This document shows, piece by piece, positions 53,003 through 64,000 of a stretch of 64,000 nucleotides of DNA (position 1 is its first letter; every line of letters begins with the position of its first letter). The notes under the pieces were generated by a model. It was not told the origin of the DNA, did no database searches, and saw only the letters and a program-made list of their open reading frames with translations. Source of the stretch: Torpedo marmorata (Eukaryota). Both the position numbers and the translations under genes were made by a program. The DNA lies in assembly GCA_977017645.1 (NCBI GenBank), contig OZ360230.1, positions 16,926,001 through 16,990,000 on the forward strand. Direction: 5' to 3'.

Positions 53003-53244
53003 TTTTTTAATTTAAATTTAGACATACAGCACAGTAACAGGCCCTTCTGGCCCACGAGCCCGTGCCGCCCAAATACCCTAATTAACCTACAACCCCTTTA
53101 CGTTTTGAAAGGTGGGAGGAAACCGGAGCATCCGGATGAAACACACGCAGACACGTGGACAATGTACAAACTCCTTACAGACAGTGATGGATTCAAACCC
53201 GGGTCTCTGGCGTTTTAATAGTGTTGCGCTAATTGCTACACTAA
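53003..53244 (-). mobile_element. V-SINE/HE1-type SINE
   Basis: Reverse complement of the 35097-35347 family. Confidence 0.85.
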
Positions 53245-53539
53245 AAATATAATATTTTTATATTATATAATTTTATATTAAATAAAAGTTTTATAAAAAT
53301 ATCATTCAAGCAGTGTCTGTAGAATGAGAAACATTGTTACACTGGTGAGAAATCTTTGAACTAAGAGTTGTGATGGGAATAATGGTGAATGTGTGAAGAA
53401 TCACTCCATAAGGAGTGATCTGGAAGAACAACCTCTGGCCTCCTCATAACATGGTGAAATATGGAAATCAGAAGTTGCCAACTCCTTTTCTCTGGTTCTA
53501 CACAAGCTTCACCACAGTACATCACAGAGAAGTTCGCCA

Positions 53540-53883
53540 TTCAAAGTTCAAAGTTCAGATTTATTGTCAGAGTACATACATGACATCACATACAACCCTG
53601 AGATTCTTTTTCCTGCAGGCGAGGCAGAATGACCACTTATTGGCAGTGCAAAAGAAAATTGTACTCAACGTACATATGTAAACAAATAAAGAAATGTAAA
53701 CAAACTGTGCAAAACAGAGAGAAAAATAATCAATAAAATGCAAAAGTAAGAGTCCTTAAATGAACCTCTGATTGACTTTGTTGTTGAGGAGTCTGATGGT
53801 GGAGGGGTAGCAACTGTTCCTGAACCTGGTGGTGTGAGTCTTGTGGCACCTATACCTCTTTCGTGATGGTAGCTGCGAGAACA
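53540..53883 (-). mobile_element. 3' fragment of a second Rex1-type LINE family
   Basis: Minus strand encodes KRYRCHKTHTTRFRNSCYPSTIRLLNNK; ends tgacaataaa-tctgaactttgaactttgaa. Confidence 0.75.
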
Positions 53884-54639
53884 TTCAGATATGTTCCAGG
53901 AATTGCCTGCTATATACCCACTAAAAATTCCACAATAGTAAGTATGGAATAGCTATTTCAAATCAACTTCATTTAAATTTTTTTTTAATAATAGATGTGT
54001 TAGATCATTCCTTAATCCTCCTTCAAGGATCTCTCTTCAGTGAATGAGCTGCTTTAAAATCTAATTCCCAAATCCAACAAGCAACCACACGGCTCAAAGA
54101 GTCAAATCTCTTTGCACAACTCTGCTTGTGTGAGTCTTCTGTAATTTCACATCCTTCTTTACCATTGTCAAGCTGCTTGTCATTTTGACCTGGAGACTTC
54201 ACTGACCTTCACCATGATCAGTTACTAAATCTGGGCATGCTCTGAATTCCTGAAAGTGTTTGCAGTCTTGGCTGCTGGAAACACATAGTCATCAGAGTCA
54301 ATGATATGGTGAGCTGTCATGCAGTGATATATTTCATTGATTGTGATTACAGTATGTCCTTTTCTTTGAAAATGGGAGAGAAGAATTAGGTATTCCAATA
54401 GTTTTAAAGATAGATGCAGTAAAAAACAAGATATTTAGCGAGTCTACAAAGGCAACTTAAACCCTAGTGACATTAAAAATGTACATTAGGTAGAATGGGA
54501 AAAACACCAGTTTAATCAGTCTTTCAGGTCAGCAAAAACTTGTATTAAACAATGGTTGGATTATTTTGTGTTAGAAACTCTTCACTTCTTTCTGTGTCAA
54601 ATAGTTACTGCACTTCATAAATGTTAGCCCGTTACTTAG

Positions 54640-56120
54640 AAAGTATTTCAAATCCAGGCTATGTTTATTTGCCATGACAAGGACTCTCACCACCACGTTA
54701 GTAAAGCAGGCCAATGGCCTCTCCTTGCTATTGGATTGCATGGACCCTGAAAACAGAAGAAACCTGATGGAAGTTTTGACAAGGTGTACAATAGTGGAAA
54801 CATCAGTGAATGGAAGTACCCCACTGTTCAAAGTCATATACAATTTTGATTTGAGTAAATTGGAAGAACTGTTTCCAGCCCCAGATCGTTGGTGATCAAG
54901 GGGCACTGGTTTAAGACAATAGGTAAAAGAAAAAAAGCCTTTCTGATCTGGAATATCCTGCTTGAAATAAAAATGGTGAAAGCAGATTCATTCATTTAAA
55001 AAGTATAAAAAACACCTACTTGCAGGGAAAACATAAGGAAGGAGATAGTTTAGGCAGCTGTTGGATTCTTGCACTCACAAGCTGACAAAGACACAAACTG
55101 GCTTATCAGAGGTAGTGGCTACATATTAAAACAAACCTTTTTATTATACGCATTTTGAATTATATTAACCCAGGTGTACCTGATTACTTCTATATACATC
55201 AAGCATTATCTTCTAAATGCAACAAGCAGACCAATTTGCATGGATCATGGAAAGTTTTGTGTTTTCAATTGAGTGTGAGTTGAAAGAGAACGTAGAACAG
55301 AACAGCACAGGAACAGATCCTTTGGCCCCCCTGTCTGTGCAGAACATGATGTACACATCAAACTAAAAATCTGCTGCTTGCATTTGATTGATGTCCTTTT
55401 ATTCCTTTATGCTCATGTGTCTATCTACAAGCCTCTTAAATGCTACTATTGAATTTGCTTCCACCACTGCCCTGGCAGCCCATTGCAGGCACCCCCACTC
55501 TCTTAGTAAAAGATTTGCCCCGCATTTTTCCCTTAAACCCTTCCCCTCACCTTAAACCTATGTCCTCCACTGTGTGACACTGGGGAAAAGGTTCTGACTG
55601 CCCATCCTATCAATGCCTCACATGATTTTATACACCTCTGTCAGGTCTCCCCTCAGCCTCCTACGCTCCTGAGAAAACAACTCAAGTGTGTCCAATCTCT
55701 CCCCACAACTCATAACCTCTAAACCAGGCAAGATCCCGGTAAACCTCTTATGTATCCTTTCCACGGCTTCCACATCCTTCCTGTAATGGGGACAGTAGAA
55801 GTCAAAGTTTTATATACTGTAGCTACAACATGACTTACTTATTTCTATATTCAATGCCCAATGAAGCCAAACATACCATCTACCTTGATGAAGGGCTCAA
55901 GCCTGAAACGTTGGTGATGTATCTTTATCTTTGCTATATAAAGTACACTGTTTGACCTGCTGAGTTTCACAATATGTTTTTATTTATATCATATCATGTA
56001 CCTTCTTTAGCACCCCATCTACTTGTGTGGACACTTTGAATGAGCAAAGGACCTGGAGCCCCAGATTCCTCTGCATATCAATGTTAAGAGCCCAGCCATT
56101 AACTGTATATTTTCCCCTTA
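54640..56120. mobile_element. Degraded CR1 fragments (plus about 54640-55030, minus about 55290-56120) with a nested Penelope repeat at 55881-55985
   Basis: CR1 3' end agaacgtagaacagaacagcacaggaacag; nested TACC-TTGATGA-A-GGGC-TCAA-GCCT-GAA-ACGT-T-GGTG. Confidence 0.72.
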
Positions 56121-59100
56121 ACAGCCTGACTTTGAACCATTACTTCACTTTGGAAGACTGGTGCAATTTCTAACAATAGTACCATAAGCAGAAAGTCAGT
56201 CCCTGATGTTTTCAGTGAACATTAAGTTTCACAATATTTTCCCATGATTTCTCTGTTTGCGAGAGCTCCCTTAATAAAGTCAGTACTAACTGGGGCAGGC
56301 ACATCCAATCAAACACAACATAACTAAACGGAGGTCTTTACTTTTATGTGCATGCATCAGAGTAAAATCAGGTTGGTAAAACCAGATGAGGGTAGGGTCA
56401 GAGGAGGTGAAATGGAGTAGTCACTTTTGGGGTGGTTATTGATAGAGATGACTTTGCTATCTTATCTTTGTTAAGCTGCTTCATGATGTCTGAATACTCA
56501 CAGATATATTTTTGAAAAGGTAGGTCATAATCTTGCAAGTGAAATGAATAAAAGTTTTTTTTTCTATTAGTGAATTTAAGATCTCACGTGTCAAAATATA
56601 TTCTTACATTGACATTTGCTTGACAAAACTGTTCAAACGTCTAGAAAATTGGCTGCAAATACCCTTTAATAGAGCTTTTTTGGAATTAAGGACAATCTCT
56701 GCATGGAACTGAAAAATATTTTGCAAATTAATAGTAATTGCATGTTGTCCCATGACTGGTCATTGTACATTTGTTGGACAAATTTGCTCAGTTGCTCTTG
56801 TTTCAGATACAGAGACATTCTGAATGTGGTAATATATGTTCAAAACTGATGTTGATTTCAATCCCATGAAATGTTGAATGCATTTTACAAAATGTTCAGA
56901 TTAAAGACAAAGACAATACTAAGGGAAATAATGAACAATGATTACATTTTGATGAGTTAATGAAAAGATTTATTGTTTAAGAAATAATCAAAATAGTTTC
57001 CATGCTATTGGTCTTCATTTTTTTAAACTGATTATTGCATCAATAATTATGTTAATCATGAGTTTGTAAATTGGCAATCTGTTCTGTTATTCAAGTCGTC
57101 TTCTTAACAGCCTCTGTTATGACTAAACTTGAAAGTTTAGCTGTTTATCTTTTAATTATGTTTTCAAATTAAGACTATAACTGGTGTATTTAATCCTATT
57201 TGACATCTCCACTGAATTACAATTCATTTTCCTATGATTGAATTTATCAGATGAATTAATTAATGCAAATAGAACAGTCCTATTTTATTTGTAAGCTTTC
57301 TATAAATATAGCCTTTATTCAATACAGTAATAATTTTCAAAATGCAGCACTTGAATTTCAGAAGCCAATTGACCAGTTGCTCTTTGGTCAAAATAATGAC
57401 ATTATGCATTTTGATGAGTTTAATTTAACTACTAAATGTGCTTCAAAAAATATGAAGCAATGCACCAGAGATGGTTATCTTGCAAATACAATCTTTTGAA
57501 ATTGATATTTATTTCAAGGAATTTTGGAAATTAAGCTTAATTGTGTGTATAAACATTGTCCATCCAACAGCAATTAGCAATTTGAGATGATGCTCCCATT
57601 TTCTGAGCTTTAAGTTTTTAATGTTCTGTTGTTTAATGCTCATGGTAATGTGAAGCATTTTTATCAATGCCATATTGTAATACTAGCTTCAGTCTGCCAC
57701 AGTCCATGCAGGACAGTGGAATAATACTCAAGAAATCATGACAAAACTATGTAGCACTTTGAGCAGAGCAAACTATGGTTACTGTTTCTGAAACAAGAGC
57801 TGGATCACTGACAGCATTAAAGAAGTGTCTGATGAGCAATTGAATCAGTAAGTCGTAGATAATGGACCAAGTGCTGGGAGTTGGAATTAATATGGAAAGA
57901 CATCCATTGGTCAGCTAGGATGTGTGGGGCTGAATGGCCTATATACATGCTATACGATTCTATGACTCTATGATAATGGTTGATAACTAACTAACATAAA
58001 AAAAGAGAAGCATCCAGAAACATCACACCTTTACAGGTGGCACAGGTAATGCTATAAGTGCCAAGGCGAGGCTGAAATGTTCGCCACTATCTTCAACCAG
58101 AGGTGCCAAATGGATGGCCCCTCTCTGTCTCCCTTTGAGATTACCACCAGTTATCAATCAAATTGGTTAACCTCATTTGCTTTGGTTGAGTACATTAAAT
58201 AAGACAAAGCCCAAGGAACCTTGTCACATTGTGCCTATGATGCTGAATGCCAGTGCCCCTGGGGTGGCTGCATCTGGAATTGGCAGTACCAGAATAGAAG
58301 CAAAACTAACTTTTTCCTCTCTAATGCAGAAAATGACTCGAGTTCATCAAACTGGAACTAATGCAAACCAGCTACATCCTAATATCCCTTTAGTTTATTG
58401 GTGTCCTCCAGTGAAGCGATAGAGTCACTACAGCGACCAAACAGCATTTACCAATAACTTGCTCAGTAATCTTCGCTGGCATTTCACCACAAGTATCTGA
58501 GTTCAGATCTTATTCCTGGTCCAAACATGGATGGAAGAATTAAATTTCAGAGGCAAGTTAGAATCGAATACCCTCAGCATTTAAACAATGTTTGTCTGTG
58601 GGCAGCATCAGGTTGCCCAAGTTAAAATGAGGTAATCGGGCATAGGGCGGGGAAGTCTCCACTGCTTCAGGCATAACTGGCACAAAGGAAGGTCCTTATC
58701 AGTGTGGGAGGCTGATCACCTTTACTTATGGAATGTATATGAACAATGAGTGTGAACTGCATGTGATGGAGGCGGCCACTATTATCGTAAGAAATTATTT
58801 CGTATGCTCAACTATTTACAACATTGGAAATACCATACAAACAAAAGTTAAGTTCAGTTAACCATCAACCACTGCAATAAACCCGATATGTTCCCCTTGA
58901 TACTCCTGGGCTAAGTGAGTTATGTCATGCTCCACAGTACAGTGCAAACAGAACAAAACTACACCACAAATTACATTTATGCTCATCTATGGTTTGATTT
59001 TGTGCAGATGGGAGCTTTCTTGTCTTTCTTTTATGTTCTTCTTAAAACACTTTAATGAATGCTGTAATTAATTTAGCATCAATCAATGACATTTGGCCAG

Positions 59101-60010
59101 ACATTTCACATTTCAATAACCCTGCAAAAGATAAATTTTCTAATCTCTTCTTTTATGTTTCTTGTCTTCACCCTGAGATCATAACCTGGCTTCAATTTAC
59201 CCACCAATTTCAAAAAAGTGAAATTTATGTGAGTCATAATCCAATCTTTAATTTTAATGCCCTCTGTATTCCACTCCCTTCTCCTCCCTTAGTCTTTATT
59301 TCTCGTTTGTACTTTCCCCAAGAGACCAGGAAACCACAATATGATGATTCTGCATGAAAAAGGTTCCATATCCCAGCAGTTCCTAGCATAAACATATGAC
59401 ATATTAGGCAGGCCTGGTTTAAAATTATTATAAAATTTAATCAAGGCAACATTCTTTCTGCCTAAAAATGGTTGTCACACCAATTATCCTTGGTTAAAAT
59501 GAGTTAATAAGGACTGAGCCCAGATTAAATGCTCTTGATGAATAGCTTATATAAATGGAACAAAAACTGTTTTAATCAGAGTTCTGCTTCAACTCAGTAT
59601 AAAAACATTATCCTGACAATTCTTAGTGTGAGTTTTTCAGCTTGGAATCTTGCATCATACTAACACTAGTGTAATTGAGTAATTTGTAAATAGCTGAATT
59701 GTACTTCCAGCTGAGTGCCAAACAAAGCTAAAAATTAGCTGAAGTTTCTGCCAGCTTTGGTGCCTTGTGAACTTGAGATGCAGTAAACTGAGATATGGGA
59801 TTGCACCTATTTGTTGTGTGCTCCAATTCATTTGTTTAGCACTGAAATGTAATCAAGTTCCTTCTGAAGAAAATCCTGAAGCTTGCAACAACATCAGGAT
59901 GTTTTGCACCTGGAAAGAAAGGTTAGAGCAGGGCCTGTGTGGTTTTAACTGGAACACATTCAATTGAGTGCAACTGCTGACTTTTTGCTGTACAGCAAAC
60001 AAAGAAGGGT

Positions 60011-60446
60011 AAAAGTAAAAACACAATGCTGGGCACTCTCCAGCCGGATGGCATTAACATCGACTTTTCCGGTTTCTGCTAACCTGCTCTCCCTTCCCCC
60101 CCCCTCCCTTCCTTTCCCCCTGTCTTCTTTGTCTCAGCTCTCCACCCCCTTCCCTCTCCATTCACCTATCCATCCTTCCTCCCCCTGCTTACTGCTGTGC
60201 CCTCCCTCCCTTCTCCACCTATTACCTCCTGCCTTTGCGACCATGCTCCTCCCCCTACGCCTCCCCCCACCCTTACCTTCTTATTCGGACGACTGCCGAC
60301 ATTTTTCCATACCTTGATGAAGGGCTCAAGCCCGAAATGTCAGTTATGTATTTTTATCTAGCTATCTAAAAGATACTGTTTGACCTGCTGAGTTGCTACA
60401 GCATTGTGTTTTTACTTCAACCACAGTGTCTGCAGACACCTTCTTT
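60011..60446 (+). mobile_element. Short Penelope insertion: inverted stub, GIY-YIG end, pseudo-LTR, hammerhead-like motif 60309-60347
   Basis: agtaaaaacacaatgctgg stub; LQPDGINIDFSGFC-stop; 15-bp TSD caaacaaagaagggt at 59996-60010 and 60447-60461. Confidence 0.88.
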
Positions 60447-61944
60447 CAAACAAAGAAGGGTGTCGGTCCTTAAATGTATGTTCCCAAGGCAGCACAAAAC
60501 ACCAACACACAGGTTGGCTATCATGGAGGAGAGAAAGACTTCAGGGGAGAAGGAGGAAGCTCCCAGATTTACACAAGGTCATCGCAGTGCACAAAGGTGA
60601 GAAAAATATCCTGGACAATGGACCAATGCAGAAAAAAATCATGATCATGTGAGATAGGGTAAGTTTGACAACATGGTAAATATCAGACATAATTATACTT
60701 ACATACTCACACTTGCACCAACAGTTCGCTGCATATAGTTTGACTCCATCCTCTCCCATACAATGCTCATCCCAACCCCACCACTGACATTCAGCCTGAG
60801 CCAGATTTCAAGGGTCCAAAGGTATAATAAGGAAACAATCACTTCCATTTCCTCCTTGTCATGGCTACTTGGGTCACAGAAATGTAAATGACCTTGTAAG
60901 CAGAAGCAGTATGAAATCTGGCACGAGAGAACTGTTGGTTAACAGTGCAACTTTGTACTGCACATTTATGACCCCATTGTGTGAAAGAACAGAACACATT
61001 GGAGGTGATATCCATGCATGGGACTTGCTTCATTACTGTATGTCCAGGCAGAGCTACGTTACACTGAGCTGAGGGGACAGGTGATCTTCATATCTGGCCC
61101 CCCAGCCTAATGCCAGCCAACATCTGCCGTATCCAATGCAATCACACAAATGTGATCATAACTGATGGAAAGCGAAGTGGTTTGATTTTCTCATTGTATT
61201 AATCAATAATAATGTTTAAATTGTTTAATAATTTTTAATTATTGGAATTTACATCAGCTGTTTTTAAATGTTAGAAAGAGTTGAAAAACCAGAAGGTGTC
61301 ACCAGGCCATGTGGGACTCAGGAACCATCAACTGAGCTCTTGCTGCTGCAGACAGGCCATTCGCTTCCTGGGATGGTTGCAGCTGTAACGCCTGACACTC
61401 AGTTGGATCTTGCAGGACTGTGGAAGGATAATTTAAGAATACGGATTATACAGGACCAAACATGAGGCACATGCAGTGCCAAATACAATTGAGCCCTGTG
61501 TTTCATTGTGATTACAACATAGCCTTTGAATTGATCTATGGTAAATGTCTCCATTCCTATATGTTAAACATGAAAGAGTTTTTGGAGCACCTTATAAGGG
61601 ATACTACCTTGTTTTGCCTTTGCCAGATGTGAGGAAAGGTTTCCTGTTTTCTCTTTCACTTGAACAGCATGAATTAGAGAAGGAGCATGAAACATGGGGC
61701 AGAAAGAGATGACGATGATGATCACTGTGTGTAATTGTGCGTGAAACCTCTCAGAACCATTTCAGAGACTTTGAGAGATGAGCAAAATTCCCTGCACTCT
61801 GTACCAAGCCTGGTGCATATCCCCATGACACACACTTTTCAAACACATCTCTTCTCAGAGTTCAGGTCTTTGAGCCTGCTGCACAACTGTTGTTATGCAG
61901 AGTTTTGAACTTAAGTTATGCTATCATGGACAAGTGAATCAATA

Positions 61945-62540
61945 GGCCCTTTTATAATGCAAAAAAAGCGATTGTAAAGACAGAACATTTCTGTCTTTAA
62001 GTCGCTTCACTTACCCCCATAAAAGGTCCGATGGCGGATTGGCCAGTCAAACTCCGATCCGCCTAGAGGGGTACACACAGAGGTGAAGTGAATCGCTACA
62101 CCTCCTCCATAAAACGAAAGCCGCTGAAAGCGGCTGCAAAGGGGAGGGCTGATGACGTCGCGATGACACCGTCAGCCCGCGACCCAGGAGTGCAAATTTA
62201 AAAAAAGCTGTAGAGCTAATTACACTGCGCAGGAGATCTGCCTGAGTCCTATGACTGCCTGCACAGATCTCCACCAGCGCTCTTACCTGCTCTTCGGTCG
62301 CCATTTTCGGGTATAGGCCACTTTCCCTTTTCGGCGCATAAGTTTGACGTCATGGTGGTGGACGGCGCTACTGCACCACTCGCCCCGCCTCCCTCTGATC
62401 GGGAAGCCGGCTCCCGACGCAGCTCAGCATAAAGACAACGCTGGAAACGCCATATAGGTCGTCACCATAAAAAGTAATTTCACCTTTTTATTTTTTTCCT
62501 TGAGCCGGCTTTAATGCGGGATTGCGCCATAAAAAGGTGA
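61945..62540. mobile_element. Putative non-autonomous DNA transposon (Harbinger-like MITE)
   Basis: CpG-rich block; imperfect inverted ends ccctttttataatgcaa / ttgcgccataaaaaggt; internal repeats of ccataaaa. Confidence 0.5.
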
Positions 62541-63128
62541 TATTGTTAGATGTACAGCTGATCAGAGGAAAAGATCAGGCATGCTAAATTGGATCTGGAC
62601 CACAAGAGCCCAATCCAATTTCACAATTGGTGAATGTTCATCTGGAAATAATTATTAAGGTAATTTACTCAGAGTTAAATCGGTTGTGGATTGCTTGGTA
62701 CTTAAAGAAAAATCAGAATCGCACAATTCAATTTTTAAGATAAATTATCCAAATGTGGCAGACATTGTTTAAGCTGGCTGGTTAATGCAATCATGAAAAT
62801 GAATTTGAAGTTAAATTGTTTGGTTTAATAAAATGGTGGGATTATGCAGGATAAATTCTCTCACTATTTTAGAGCATGAATAGAAATCTATTAATCAGCA
62901 GAAGATATCACAAACTTTGACATTATCCTTCACCGTGAAGATCAGCTACTACCAGTCTTTTAACTGGGAGATTCTTTGCTGAAATGAGTTATGACTGCAT
63001 CAGCAAGTTGTTCATAGTGAATGTTGAAAATTGGATGCAGGATCAGTTTGGATATTTATTGAAAATCCTTCAAACTGGAGTAGTCCGTAACAATGGGGCT
63101 TAGTAAATATTCATGAAATATGAGTGAA

Positions 63129-63222
63129 ATACCTTGAAGAAGGGCTCAGGCCTGAAATATTGGTTATATATCTTTACCTCCTAAATAAGATGAGTGCATG
63201 ACGTGCATTTTTGTGTTTTTAT
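63129..63222 (+). mobile_element. Penelope terminal-repeat fragment with hammerhead-like motif 63129-63167
   Basis: ATACC-TTGAAGA-A-GGGC-TCAG-GCCT-GAA-ATAT-T-GGTTAT. Confidence 0.7.
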
Positions 63223-64000
63223 CTCAGTCAATATTCCCCAAATTATTTAGCTCATGACTGTTTTCAAGTAGTGATTTTCTTGCGATGTTCATTTCTGGTA
63301 AAAATGTAAATGGATTATTCACAAGTACAAGTGGAACCTGAAATACCAGCATTTTATTGGGCAATCAAGAGAGACAATAAGGATATATTTTATTAACTGG
63401 ATCTTGTGGTTTAAAAAATATGAGAGGAAACAATATTTGTCTCAGTGGGCTCTTCATGTGTTGCAAATTTGTGAACAATTGGTAACTGAGGGTGTGATAC
63501 ATGATTCATTACTGGTAACGTCATCATAGAAAGATATTTCTAATCTACAAATATATAGTTTCAATCAAGTTCTATGAAGATCTCTTGGGAGTTAAAATTA
63601 ATTGAAACGATACAGTTGCTGCAGTAATGATGTGTTTTGCTCAATTGTACTACATAGAATGCATTCTATGTAAAAGGAAATGGCTTCTCTTCTGTCTGAA
63701 AGATTTCTCTTTCTCTATTTTCATTCAGTTTCAGAAACTAAAGCTAAGAGGAGACTTTGGATGGGATCTCACCATTCTAACATTTCAATAAGCATTTAGC
63801 TTCAAGAAGTTATTTCACTTGTCCATCAATATCTCTTGTGCATTTTTCAATCCAAATCTTTTGAAAAGGACAAAGGAAGAGAACCAGTTACCAAATCATG
63901 CTATTTGATTTTTCAGTAGCATTTGGTACTGAAGACATAGGGTGAAAAATTACATCATGAACCAAGGATGTGAAACATGCTCTGTGTGCAGAAAACTGGT

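Overview
AT-rich vertebrate genomic DNA. The repeat repertoire (CR1 LINEs, V-SINE/HE1-type tRNA SINEs, Rex1, Penelope) suggests a cartilaginous fish; this is an inference, not a database result. Bases 775-24655 (+) hold the last 12 coding exons of the receptor tyrosine kinase EphB3: two FN3 domains, TM helix, kinase, SAM domain and the C-terminal MNQTLPVQV. All 11 introns are GT-AG and the joined frame is open (1994 nt). A TE-free 3' UTR appears to run to about 26900. The rest is intron or intergenic DNA packed with transposons: a 5 kb L1 nested in a Rex1 LINE, a second L1, many CR1 fragments, a solo LTR, Tigger-, hAT- and Harbinger-like MITEs, and V-SINEs. Three things stand out. (1) About 10 Penelope-derived minimal hammerhead-ribozyme motifs, of which the 8 youngest all carry a non-canonical UUGANGA core (C3U); one sits in a 178-bp non-coding mini-element with its own target-site duplication. 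(2) A 5S-rRNA-headed SINE and (3) a GC-rich, hairpin-rich non-coding retroposon; both share a 3' tail with the local Rex1 LINEs. Most short ORFs in the track are noise or antisense shadows.
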